A stretch of 64,000 bases of DNA from Candidatus Omnitrophota bacterium (GTDB lineage Bacteria; Omnitrophota; Gorgyraeia; Zapsychrales; Zapsychraceae): the NCBI GenBank assembly GCA_015233495.1, contig JADFXQ010000003.1:5860-69859 (forward strand), read 5' to 3'. Below are positions 28,873 through 38,431 of the stretch, piece after piece (the stretch's first letter is position 1; each line of letters begins with the position of its first letter). A program made the position numbers and the translations under genes. The notes beneath the pieces are model-generated. The model was not told the DNA's origin. It did not search any database and saw nothing but the letters and a program-made list of their open reading frames with translations.

Positions 28873-29769
28873 TTATTTTAAGCCATAAACGATCCAACCG
28901 CAGACGCCAACCCAGCAAATTACATTCAATAACAAGGGCCTGTCCGTAACTAATATTTCACCCGGATCACCGCCGCGGTTATGGATGTGAACGAGATAAA
29001 GATAACGAAATATGCCATAGATCACAAACACAACCGTATAGGGCATAAAATGTCCTCCCGGCCGGGCCGCCACCTCTGGTGAAATTGTGTATAAGCCGTA
29101 AAAGACAATCGCCAAGGTCGAACAAATCAATAAAATCTGGTCTAAAAAATACAAGGAATACTCCGCGAGAACGCCGCGGTGTTGACCGGCCTGGTCTTTT
29201 AAAAGTCCCAGTTCATCCCGGCGTTTGGCGAATCCTAAAAACAGCGCCAAAAGAAAAACGCAAAACTGCAGCCATAAAGACGGATAAACTTCCGCCGCGA
29301 ACGCGCCCAGCCAAACCCGGATTTGAAAACCAAAAGCCACGAAAAAGGCGTCGAGAATCACTACGCGCTTGATTAAAAAATTGTAAAAAAAATACAAAAG
29401 GCAATAAATGCCGATCGGGATCAGCGTGCCTGGATCCGCCAAAAAACAAATGCCGCTGCCGCTCAACGCGAGTAAACCCGCCAAGCTAAAAATCAAAGCA
29501 GCTGAAACGTCGTGCCGAGCGATAACCCGCTGGGCTTTTAACGGATGCTTTTTGTCCTGTTCCCGGTCGAGAAAATCATTAAGAACATAACCGCCGCTGC
29601 ACAGCAGACTGAAACCCGCGAAAGCAATGACACAATTTAAAAATCCGCCGCCGTGAAATAACTGCCCGGAAAACAACAAAGGAAAAAAAATAAACGCGTT
29701 TTTCACCCATTGTTTGACCCGCAGCAGGTCGTAAATGAGAATAATTTTTTGCAGCATTTGCCCCTCCAT
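28873..29769 (-). CDS. UbiA-family decaprenyl-phosphate phosphoribosyltransferase homolog (DPPR synthase, Rv3806c-like)
   Basis: RVKQWVKN near the N-terminus, Asp-rich NDFLDREQDKKHPLKAQR motif and C-terminal FRYLYLV...GGDPGEILVTDRPLL region. These parallel mycobacterial UbiA/DPPR synthase (RPRQWVKN, NDVRDVEADREHPTKR, ILRYAVDVDGGLAGEPEDIALRDRVL). Confidence 0.75.
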   Translation of the reverse strand: MEGQMLQKIILIYDLLRVKQWVKNAFIFFPLLFSGQLFHGGGFLNCVIAFAGFSLLCSGGYVLNDFLDREQDKKHPLKAQRVIARHDVSAALIFSLAGLLALSGSGICFLADPGTLIPIGIYCLLYFFYNFLIKRVVILDAFFVAFGFQIRVWLGAFAAEVYPSLWLQFCVFLLALFLGFAKRRDELGLLKDQAGQHRGVLAEYSLYFLDQILLICSTLAIVFYGLYTISPEVAARPGGHFMPYTVVFVIYGIFRYLYLVHIHNRGGDPGEILVTDRPLLLNVICWVGVCGWIVYGLK

Positions 29770-31745
29770 TATGGGATATGGATCCGCCCCAAAACGATCA
29801 TTTTTCCCCGAACCGGTTTCCCATTACGATCCAGTCCTTTTAACACCACGGGAGCGGTTTCATTGTCCTGATAAATGCTCGCCACAATATTATAGCTTCC
29901 CGGGGACATTTCCGGAGGAATAAACAACCAAATTTTTTCTTTGATCCGCTCGCCTTTTTGCCAAAGATTCGTGGCGTAAACGCCATAACCAATAATTTTT
30001 TTTTGATTAAAAATAACCGTGCCGTTTTGGGAAAAACCCAAAGACATCCGATAAACAGAATCCGTGGATTTTTGAGCGTCCCAAACCAATTCCAAACATC
30101 TTCCGGCCGGATCTGCCTTGAAATTTACTCCGGATAAAGAAAAAATCTCCCGCACCCAAACCCTCGACTGATTCGTCCTGTATCCGGGGACCGGAAGAAC
30201 TTCCACCAATTTTGTCCCCGAGCCGTCCTTTCGGAATAACACCAGATTGTCCGCTGCTGCCTCAACCCGCCAATCTGCCATTTCAAAAAACCGCGTCATG
30301 CGCCGGGCAACCGAGCGTCGCGCCGCGGCATCCGCTTTTGCCAATTCTTCCCTCAGCCAAACGCAATTAAAATCAATCAACGCCCATCGCGACCCGGTAA
30401 CCACATCTTGGGGCGTTTGTCCGGAAAATGCGTTCCCTCCCATCCAAATCGTGTGAAAACTGTAAAGATTTTTCCGTAAAGAAAGCTCAGCCAAAAAATC
30501 AAAAGAAGCGGTTACGCCTGCATCGCGCGGAATCTTTTTCACCAATTGCCAACGTACCGGATCAAAATGATCCTCCCAACGCGTCCGCGCTGCAAAGCGG
30601 TCCGAATGGAACCATAGCGACGCGTTCAAAAAACTCATCAACAGAATCAGGCCGATGATCAGCCGGTAAAACCAGTCCTGTACGCGCGGCCGGATTGCGG
30701 CTAATCCATAAACCGCGGCGCAAAAGATATAAACTCCGGAGGTGGCCGCGTAATGATAAAATATGGAACGCATTCTGGGTTCCCCGCTCAATAAATGTTG
30801 TAAAAAAATCGGCAGACCTAAAAATAATTTATCCGGACTTAAAAAAGATAAAAACAACAACGGAGAATCCAATTCTAAGAAGTAATTAAAAAACGCGGCT
30901 GAAAACAACCGCGTCAGATGCGCGCGGATAATCGCGCCATAGGCCCATCCAAAATGATGGTTAGACCCGAGGGCCGGGATCTGATAAAAAGAGGTATAAG
31001 CATTGGCTGTCATAAATCCCAGGTTGTGCCGTAAATAGGGGACAAAGAAAAACATGCTGAACGCAAAAATCCCGCCGCCGATCAACAAAGGCAAGCCAAC
31101 CCATAAAATCTTACTTTCCCTTGTCTGAAACAAGGCGTAGAGTCCAAAACAAGCGATTAACAATGCGATATTTTCCTTAACCAAGGCCGCGAATAAAATG
31201 GATACCGTAAAAAGAAACAGCTTGCGCCGGACAAAAAAATAATAAATCGCCGAAAACAAAAACGGCAAAGCGAGATTTTCAAAATGGAATTCATACAACA
31301 GCATGAAAATGTTGGGCGGATAAAAACAATAAACCAGCATGAGGCCGAACGCGACCGCCGGACCTAATTGACCGCGGGCGATGCGATACAGAATCCCCGC
31401 CGCGGTAAAAAGCGCGAAAATTTTCAGATGGATCAAAGTCAAGGCGTGGGGAAAAATCCAGTAAAGCGGCGTCAAAAGAATCGCGATATACTCGGCGTGA
31501 TTGGTCAAAAAACTCGTGCCAAAAACTGTGGACACGGTTGTCCCGTGCATCAGATTCCACATCACATGATTGTACATGGCCAAATCCCAGTCATAATACC
31601 CAAAAAACGCGTATTTATACTGGAGGACTATCGACCAAAATCCGCACAAAATCAAAACGGTGGCAAACGCCAGCCGGTCAAAAAACGCATCGGATATGCT
31701 CCATTTATTCATAAAAATAATATTCTCCCCCGTATGCCATGGCAC
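29769..31745 (-). CDS. DUF2079-family polytopic membrane protein (putative GT-C-like glycosyltransferase)
   Basis: 658 aa. ~12 TM helices in the N-terminal two thirds and a soluble C-terminal domain. Conserved early motif YYDWDLAMYNHVMWN matching the DUF2079 pattern. Shares one nucleotide with the UbiA start (translational coupling). Confidence 0.6.
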   Translation of the reverse strand: MPWHTGENIIFMNKWSISDAFFDRLAFATVLILCGFWSIVLQYKYAFFGYYDWDLAMYNHVMWNLMHGTTVSTVFGTSFLTNHAEYIAILLTPLYWIFPHALTLIHLKIFALFTAAGILYRIARGQLGPAVAFGLMLVYCFYPPNIFMLLYEFHFENLALPFLFSAIYYFFVRRKLFLFTVSILFAALVKENIALLIACFGLYALFQTRESKILWVGLPLLIGGGIFAFSMFFFVPYLRHNLGFMTANAYTSFYQIPALGSNHHFGWAYGAIIRAHLTRLFSAAFFNYFLELDSPLLFLSFLSPDKLFLGLPIFLQHLLSGEPRMRSIFYHYAATSGVYIFCAAVYGLAAIRPRVQDWFYRLIIGLILLMSFLNASLWFHSDRFAARTRWEDHFDPVRWQLVKKIPRDAGVTASFDFLAELSLRKNLYSFHTIWMGGNAFSGQTPQDVVTGSRWALIDFNCVWLREELAKADAAARRSVARRMTRFFEMADWRVEAAADNLVLFRKDGSGTKLVEVLPVPGYRTNQSRVWVREIFSLSGVNFKADPAGRCLELVWDAQKSTDSVYRMSLGFSQNGTVIFNQKKIIGYGVYATNLWQKGERIKEKIWLFIPPEMSPGSYNIVASIYQDNETAPVVLKGLDRNGKPVRGKMIVLGRIHIP

Positions 31746-31809
31746 AAATCACTTAAATCTTTTCTTTAACGACCTCATCCAAACTCTGTCTGTCGTTAGC
31801 GGACGGCGG

Positions 31810-33015
31810 CTATCGAAATAATCCCTGCAAGGCCTCTTCCAATTTTTTATTTAACTGGCCAAAAACATGATTCCGTTCGACACTGCGGCGGCCTTCCGCG
31901 GCAATACGGGCGGCATCTTGCGGATTCATGATTAAAAAATATATTTGACCGACAAGCGTTTTGACATCTTTGGGCGAATAAAGCAAACCGTTTTCCCGGT
32001 CGCGGATCAAGAGGCGTCCTCCCGGCGAATCCGGGACCAGCGCCGGAATTCCCGCGGCCTGGGCCTCTAAAATAGTAATCCCCGAGGTTACCGGTTTTGC
32101 CGGAGCGATGAACAGATCCGCGGCAGCAAGATATTCCACGACGTCTTCCCGGCTTTTTTCTCCGGCGAAATGAACTGCCGCCGCCAGCCCTAAAGCCTTA
32201 GTTAAAATTTCCCAATCTTCCCGTAATTCTCCATCGCCAATAATCTCGCAATGAAATTCCACCCTTTGATGTTGCCTGCGCAATTGCGCCAAAGCGCGCA
32301 GCACCGGGCCAAAATCAACCTCTTTCGCCAAACGGCTGATCATGACAATATTCAGCGTCGTGCGCCCAGTCACAACCTTGGGACGGCGATCTTTCATAAA
32401 AAGGGGAAGTTTGACGCCGCAGGGCAAGGGCTTGATTTTCTGCGGATCTGCTTCCCAACGCAATAATGTCCACAAAGCCCGCTCGGTGTCCGTCAACAAC
32501 AAGTCTTGCCGCTGGGCCAGGGCACGCGCCTGGCCCGGCGAAACTAAGCGCCGGGTGATTTCGTCTTCATAAATCAAAGTCACAATTTTTTGAACGAAAA
32601 AACAATCCTGGACGAATGCTCCGATTCTTCCCATCTGCGCCGTGTGACAATAAAGCACATCGATATTTTTGCGCGGAAATCCTATGGCCGCGTAAAACAA
32701 GTTGCCGGCCAACGCGTCCTTCCCGTAGCGAAACACATTTAACGCTTTAAAAAAACGATGAATTTCATCCAGATTAAGATAAAGCAGCCACAACGATTTG
32801 AGTGCCCGAATGAGCCAATTACGCGGCACATTGAAACTGCTGACCCGATGATGCAATCCGGATTTTCTCACGTCGGCGTGAGTCGTTTTCCAGAGGCCCG
32901 GACGGAAGCTTACCACATCGACTTCATGGCCACGCTCAATCAAACTGAGCGCTTGGTCTAAGACGCGCGTGTCGGATAAAGAAGGGAATTGCCGGACTAA
33001 AAACACAATACGCAT
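31810..33015 (-). CDS. Family 4 (GT-B) glycosyltransferase
   Basis: C-terminal EX7E-like region (EKSREDVVEYLAAADLFIAPA...GITILEAQAAGIPALV) typical of GT4. Confidence 0.8.
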   Translation of the reverse strand: MRIVFLVRQFPSLSDTRVLDQALSLIERGHEVDVVSFRPGLWKTTHADVRKSGLHHRVSSFNVPRNWLIRALKSLWLLYLNLDEIHRFFKALNVFRYGKDALAGNLFYAAIGFPRKNIDVLYCHTAQMGRIGAFVQDCFFVQKIVTLIYEDEITRRLVSPGQARALAQRQDLLLTDTERALWTLLRWEADPQKIKPLPCGVKLPLFMKDRRPKVVTGRTTLNIVMISRLAKEVDFGPVLRALAQLRRQHQRVEFHCEIIGDGELREDWEILTKALGLAAAVHFAGEKSREDVVEYLAAADLFIAPAKPVTSGITILEAQAAGIPALVPDSPGGRLLIRDRENGLLYSPKDVKTLVGQIYFLIMNPQDAARIAAEGRRSVERNHVFGQLNKKLEEALQGLFR

Positions 33016-33145
33016 AATGTTTCAATATAGCATAAAGCGCTTTTCAGAAATATCACTTTATAAAAAATGAGTTTTTTTTGAAGAATCCCGCCTTTTGATA
33101 TAAAATGTGTTTTAATCCTTAACCATTAAAATTCCGAAAAGGCTT

Positions 33146-35836
33146 ATGTCCCATCCTATTGTCGCATTTTTGCGCCGGTTTTCCTTTCCGATCCGTTTAC
33201 TGTTTTTGCTGGGTCTGGGATTTCTGGTTTACCGCGAGACATTTCGAGGCCAGTTCGTATTTGACGATATTGAATTTATCGTGACCAACCCGTTCATCAA
33301 AAATTTCAGCGCGATCCAAGGCTTTTGGGAGATGTCTTTCCCAAAAACGCGCATCATCACGGTTTATTCCTATGCCCTGAATTATTATCTAAACAAACTC
33401 GATCCATTCGGATATCATCTCTTTAACTATATTGTTCATATTGTCGCGACATTAGCCGTTTGGCGGTTGGCCTTCTTATTAGTTTCCATCCTCCAAACCC
33501 CTCAACCTGTCCCAACACCGATACCCGCGAGTCAAACTTCCAATAACAAACCGCGTCTGAATAATTTAAATAAAGGAAAAACAGCCGCCGCCAAAACAAA
33601 AGCCCAATCTACAACCCAAGCAACCGCCCAAACAACAGCGCCTTTCCGATCTTTCTCTCTATTATCCCTGATCCCCTTTTTCGTCACACTGATCTTTCTT
33701 GTCCATCCGGGTCAAACCGAAGCGGTCACTTATATTACCCAGCGCTTTGAATCCCTGGCCACCATGTTTTATCTTCTCACCCTCTGCTGCTACGTCCAAG
33801 GCCGGATGCCCGCGGTCCAGTTAATCAAACGGATTTTCTTGTTCTCAGGAGCGGCATTTTTTTCGATATGCGCCATTACATCAAAAGAAATCTCCATCAC
33901 CTTGCCGTTGACTATCGTCGCGATTGAGTTGATCTTTTTTAAAGATCTCCGTCGTGTCCGTTTATCTTTATTGCTGATTTTGTTCCTAATCAGCTGTGTT
34001 TTTCTGTTTTTATTCAGCCATATCATCAAGGCCAGCCTGTGGTCACTGTGGACGCACACATTTAATTCTGAATCGCACGACGGAGATATCTTGACCCCGT
34101 ATACCTATATCCTGACCCAAATGCGCGTATTCCTGACGTTTTTCCGGCTTCTCATTTTCCCGGTCAACCAAAATTTGGAATACGATTATCCCATGTCCAA
34201 TTCGCTGCTTGACCCGCCATTAACATTGGTGGGTCTCCTCTTCATCATCGCCTTAGCCGTCATCAGTTGGCTCGCGCGCAAAAAATATCCTCTCATCAGT
34301 TTTGGAATCGCTTGGATACTGATCACGTTTTCCGCCAATCTAGTGCCGCGGGCCAATGTCATTTTTGAGCACAAACTTTATCTTATGTGTTTCGGATTTG
34401 CTCTGGCAGGAATATCCTTGTTGAATGAACTCATCAAAAACCGGAAAATTTTGATTACTTTGCTGATCGGCATTATTTTAATTTTTTCTCTGACCACTTT
34501 TCATCGCAACAAGGTTTGGCTCACGGAGCGAGCCCTGTGGGAAGACGAAGTCAAAAAATCGCCAAACAAAGCCCGAGTTCACGCTAACATGGGAAAAGTC
34601 TATACTGATTTAAAAATTATTGACAAGGCCCTGTTTGAACTGGGACGCGCAATTGAACTTAAAGCCGACGATTTTAAATCCTACAGCAACCGGGGCGCGG
34701 CCTATTATTCGATCGGCGATTTTGATCACGCCTTAGAAAATTATAATAAAGCGATCGAAATCAAACCCGGTTATTTCGGAGTATACGTCAATCGGGCCTT
34801 AATTTATTTTGAAATGCGCCAATTTGACATGGCCCTGGCAAACTTGAACACCGCCATTCTCCTTGACCCGAAATTTCAGTATGGCTACATTCACCGCGGC
34901 CGTTTGCTTAACGAACTCGGTCGTTATCAAGAGGCGCTGCGCGATTTTGATCAAGCTCTCAAAATCGCCCCCGGCGATGTCGAGGCGCTGGTCGGCCGCG
35001 CGGTCAATTATTTTTTCCTCGGTCAAACTGAAAAAGCGATTCAAGATTTTAACCTGGCCCAGCAATTCAAACCGCAAGAACCTTTGGTCTTTATCAACCG
35101 CGGTTTTTGTTATTTCAAGATCGGCCAGCCCGATAAGGCGATTGCCGATTTCAACGCTGCCATCCAAATTCAACCGGGCAATGGCGAAGCCTACAACAAA
35201 CGAGGCATGGCCTATCACGCCAAAGGCGCCTTCGATAAAGCCTTTGCTGATTTCAACCAAGCGATCGCTCTCGACCCGCACAATGTCACAGCGCTAAATA
35301 ACCGGGCATCGATTTATTTTCAGCGCGGCCAGACGGATGCGGCGCTCGCTGACTGCGACCAAGCGATTGCCCTGAACCCGCATATGGCCATGGTTTATAA
35401 TAATCGGGGCATCATTTATCTGGGCAAAAAAATGGTAGAGCAAGCCAAAGCGGATTTTGATAAATCTTTGGAGTTAGACCCAAACTATATTGAATCTTAT
35501 CTAAAACGCGGCTTTATCTACGCTTCGCAAAACAATTACACCCAGGCCTTAGCAGATTTCTCGTCGATCATTGCCCGCGAACCTACTCATTTTGCCGCGC
35601 TTTATAACCGCGGGGTGATCGAGGCCATAGCGGGCAATCAAACCGCGGCGATCGTTGATTTCACTCAGTCGTTAAAATCGAATCCCAACTATGCGATGGC
35701 CTTCTGGGGGCGAGCTAACTCTTACGCGGCGATTGGCAAATTCTCCGAGGCTTTAGCCGACGCGCAAGCCGCGCAATCGCTTGGCCAAGAAGTCCCCGCC
35801 GAATTTATCGCGAATATGAAAAGCAAGATCAAGTAA
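33146..35836 (+). CDS. TMTC-like protein: N-terminal DUF1736/PMT-like polytopic membrane domain fused to ~12 TPR repeats
   Basis: N-terminal FRGQFVFDDIEFIVTNPFIKN motif (TMTC/DUF1736 DD motif), then ~9 TM helices, a Q/T/A-rich linker and a long array of 34-aa TPR repeats (ADDFKSYSNRGAAYYSIGDFDHALENYNKAIEIKP ...). Confidence 0.7.
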   Translation: MSHPIVAFLRRFSFPIRLLFLLGLGFLVYRETFRGQFVFDDIEFIVTNPFIKNFSAIQGFWEMSFPKTRIITVYSYALNYYLNKLDPFGYHLFNYIVHIVATLAVWRLAFLLVSILQTPQPVPTPIPASQTSNNKPRLNNLNKGKTAAAKTKAQSTTQATAQTTAPFRSFSLLSLIPFFVTLIFLVHPGQTEAVTYITQRFESLATMFYLLTLCCYVQGRMPAVQLIKRIFLFSGAAFFSICAITSKEISITLPLTIVAIELIFFKDLRRVRLSLLLILFLISCVFLFLFSHIIKASLWSLWTHTFNSESHDGDILTPYTYILTQMRVFLTFFRLLIFPVNQNLEYDYPMSNSLLDPPLTLVGLLFIIALAVISWLARKKYPLISFGIAWILITFSANLVPRANVIFEHKLYLMCFGFALAGISLLNELIKNRKILITLLIGIILIFSLTTFHRNKVWLTERALWEDEVKKSPNKARVHANMGKVYTDLKIIDKALFELGRAIELKADDFKSYSNRGAAYYSIGDFDHALENYNKAIEIKPGYFGVYVNRALIYFEMRQFDMALANLNTAILLDPKFQYGYIHRGRLLNELGRYQEALRDFDQALKIAPGDVEALVGRAVNYFFLGQTEKAIQDFNLAQQFKPQEPLVFINRGFCYFKIGQPDKAIADFNAAIQIQPGNGEAYNKRGMAYHAKGAFDKAFADFNQAIALDPHNVTALNNRASIYFQRGQTDAALADCDQAIALNPHMAMVYNNRGIIYLGKKMVEQAKADFDKSLELDPNYIESYLKRGFIYASQNNYTQALADFSSIIAREPTHFAALYNRGVIEAIAGNQTAAIVDFTQSLKSNPNYAMAFWGRANSYAAIGKFSEALADAQAAQSLGQEVPAEFIANMKSKIK

Positions 35837-36398
35837 TTCCGATTTCCCGGTTTTGAGAATAAACGCAGCCGCAATATTTTTGACGATAAAAATTTTCGCG
35901 TTTGGCAGTTTCCGCCATGCGCAGCGATCCGCTGCCTTTTCGCCAGTTCATATCCCAAAACGTTAATCCCGAATATAAAGCCGCAGACGCGCGTCCGGCC
36001 GCGTTGACTTGCTCAATATCTTTCCAACGGGAAATGCCTACGGTCGTGGCAAATAAGTAAAAACCATTCTTGACCGCAGCCGCGGCCGCGGCCGACAAAC
36101 GCAGGGAAAAACAAACTGCGCAGCGTTGACCTCGCTCCGGTTCTTTCTCCAGCCCCTGAACCGCGCTGGACCATTGCTCATGATCATAATCGCCGTCGAT
36201 CCAGGGAATACCGCGTGATTCCAAAAAACGCGCCACTTCGTTTTTGCGCCGCAGATATTCTTCCAAAGGAAAAATATTTGGATTATAAAAAAACACCCGG
36301 ATTTCCCAAGCGTTTTCGATCAACCCCTCGATAATCCCTGCGGAACAAGGCGCGCAGCAAATATGCAAAAATAATTTTTTAGCCATACTCTTGTTCAA
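35829..36398 (-). CDS. queH: Epoxyqueuosine reductase QueH
   Basis: LHICCAPCS N-terminal Cys motif and C-terminal KYCGCVYS characteristic of QueH (DUF208). Confidence 0.85.
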   Translation of the reverse strand: MNKSMAKKLFLHICCAPCSAGIIEGLIENAWEIRVFFYNPNIFPLEEYLRRKNEVARFLESRGIPWIDGDYDHEQWSSAVQGLEKEPERGQRCAVCFSLRLSAAAAAAVKNGFYLFATTVGISRWKDIEQVNAAGRASAALYSGLTFWDMNWRKGSGSLRMAETAKRENFYRQKYCGCVYSQNREIGIT

Positions 36399-36408
36399 CT
36401 ATCCGCCT

Positions 36409-37266
36409 TCAACCTTCAGCCGCCTTAAACGCTTGCGGCAAATGATCAATGATATCCGAAGCGATCAGGCTGATCCTGCCCTTTTCCTCAGCCGCTAAAT
36501 CACCCGCCAAACCATGAATATACGCTCCGGTCTTGGCGGCTAAAAAACCATCCAGACCTTGCGCTAAAAAAGCCGCGATAATTCCGGTTAAAACGTCTCC
36601 GCTTCCCGCAGTGGCCATTCCGGGGTTGCCAGTGTCATTGACATAAATTTTCCCCGCAGGATCGGCGACGACTGTGGCGGGTCCTTTGAGCAGGACAACA
36701 CACTGAAAACCAGAAGCGAAATCCGCGGCAGTTCTTTCCCGGGAAGCTTCAATTTCGCTTTTCTTAAGACCGGTTAAACGCGCCATTTCCCCAAGGTGGG
36801 GCGTGAGCACTTTAATCCCGGAATTCGCGGTTAAGCAACGCGGATTAACCGCAACTGCGTTGAGACCGTCAGCGTCAATCACCATCGGGAGCGATATTTT
36901 GCCAACGCAGGTTAAGATGAAATTGCGGGTAGCCGCGTCTGCCGACATACCTGGCCCAATGGCCACAGATTGAAACCGACCGATACCAGGCAAAATTTGC
37001 TTAAAGGCCCGGAGGCTGAATGTCCGCTGAATGGTCTGGGTCAGCGGCCAGGTCATGGTCGCATTATTGATTTTTTTCTGAGCGGTTAAATTGAGACTGG
37101 CGGGAACGCCAAGAGTGACCATCCCCGCGCCGGCGCGCAAAGCGGATAAAGCGGTTAACGCGGCCGCGCCAAGCATGCGGCCGCTTCCGGCCAAAATCAG
37201 GGCATGACCAAAATCCTGCTTATGGACACGGGGATTCTTGCGTAATAATCGCGTTGGCAACCGCAT
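36409..37266 (-). CDS. nnrD: ADP-dependent (S)-NAD(P)H-hydrate dehydratase (YjeF C-terminal domain)
   Basis: HKQDFGHALILAGS and GSGDVLTGIIAAFLAQG motifs of the carbohydrate kinase-like Nnr dehydratase domain. Confidence 0.85.
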   Translation of the reverse strand: MRLPTRLLRKNPRVHKQDFGHALILAGSGRMLGAAALTALSALRAGAGMVTLGVPASLNLTAQKKINNATMTWPLTQTIQRTFSLRAFKQILPGIGRFQSVAIGPGMSADAATRNFILTCVGKISLPMVIDADGLNAVAVNPRCLTANSGIKVLTPHLGEMARLTGLKKSEIEASRERTAADFASGFQCVVLLKGPATVVADPAGKIYVNDTGNPGMATAGSGDVLTGIIAAFLAQGLDGFLAAKTGAYIHGLAGDLAAEEKGRISLIASDIIDHLPQAFKAAEG

Positions 37267-37585
37267 AATTGCGCGTGTGGGATAATGAGACGTGAATTTG
37301 ATATTTAAATTGATCTTTTAAAAACACGCAGCACGGACGTCCATGCGCGTCATTGACGATTTCAAGGTCTTTCCAACCGACCCGCGGATCGTCGCCAATG
37401 GCCTTATAAACCGCTTCTTTCGCGGCAAACCGCGCCGCGAAATGCTGGGCCGGAAATTTGTGCTGCCGGGCATAAGCGATTTCCTTGGCCGTAAAAACAT
37501 GGGACAAAAAACCGTCCCCCCAGCGGTCAATGGCCTCTTTAACGCGTTGCACTTCAATGATGTCAACCCCGGTTCCGATGATCAT
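37220..37585 (-). CDS. acpS: Holo-[acyl-carrier-protein] synthase
   Basis: MIIGTGVDIIEVQRV N-terminus, 121 aa. Canonical AcpS. Confidence 0.9.
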   Translation of the reverse strand: MIIGTGVDIIEVQRVKEAIDRWGDGFLSHVFTAKEIAYARQHKFPAQHFAARFAAKEAVYKAIGDDPRVGWKDLEIVNDAHGRPCCVFLKDQFKYQIHVSLSHTRNYAVANAIITQESPCP

Positions 37586-38298
37586 AACGCAACCAGCTCT
37601 TTCATTTCCCGGACGGCCTGGCCTAACCCGACGAACAACGCTCGGGCCATGATGGCATGCCCGATGTTCAATTCCGCTATACCGGGAATTCGCGCGATCG
37701 GACGCGTGTTATCATATTTTAAGCCATGCCCCGCGTTAACGATCAGGCCTAATCGGCGACCATACGCGGTAGCCTCTTGAATCTTGCGCAATTGCCGCGC
37801 CCGAGATTGATCTGTCCGCGCCCGGTCATAAGCCCCGGTATGAATCTCAATCATGGCTGCGCCGGATTCCCGGGATTTTAATATCTGTTTTTTATCGGGA
37901 GGGATAAAAAGACTCACGGCGATTTTCTTTTTATTTAAAACTTCGACCGCGCGCCGCACTGCGTCGAATTGATGAATAACATCTAACCCGCCTTCGGTCG
38001 TAATCTCCTGCCGCCGCTCGGGAACCAGGGTCGCTTGGTCCGGCTTAAGCCGGCTGGCAATCCGCACAATTTCCGCGTCCAAAGACATCTCCAAATTGAA
38101 CCGTCCGTGAACCGTGCGCCGCAAGGCCCAGACATCTTTATCCTGAATATGCCGTCGGTCCTCCCGCAAATGCGCCACAATGCTGTCCGCGCCCGCCTGC
38201 AAGCAAATCACCGCGGCTTTTACCGGATCGGGATCAAATTCACGGCGCGCCTGACGCAAAGTCGCCACATGATCAATATTTACTCCCAAAAGAGGCAT
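37582..38298 (-). CDS. pdxJ: Pyridoxine 5'-phosphate synthase
   Basis: MPLLGVNIDHVATLRQAR N-terminus. TIM-barrel PdxJ throughout. Confidence 0.9.
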   Translation of the reverse strand: MPLLGVNIDHVATLRQARREFDPDPVKAAVICLQAGADSIVAHLREDRRHIQDKDVWALRRTVHGRFNLEMSLDAEIVRIASRLKPDQATLVPERRQEITTEGGLDVIHQFDAVRRAVEVLNKKKIAVSLFIPPDKKQILKSRESGAAMIEIHTGAYDRARTDQSRARQLRKIQEATAYGRRLGLIVNAGHGLKYDNTRPIARIPGIAELNIGHAIMARALFVGLGQAVREMKELVAL

Positions 38299-38431
38299 AA
38301 GTATCCCCTCAAAATAACCGCGCTAAAACGCCCGCGTCAACGGACCAACTCGCCGCTGATATAAATCCAGGTTAAGACCGCTAAAATCAACGCGATCAAT
38401 TTTAAAGAAAAATTTGTGGTCAGCCAATTCT

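Noticed and set aside
34799-35297. Two ~150-aa ORFs on either strand within the TPR region of the TMTC-like gene
   Set aside because: Out-of-frame and antisense artefacts of the repetitive TPR coding region.
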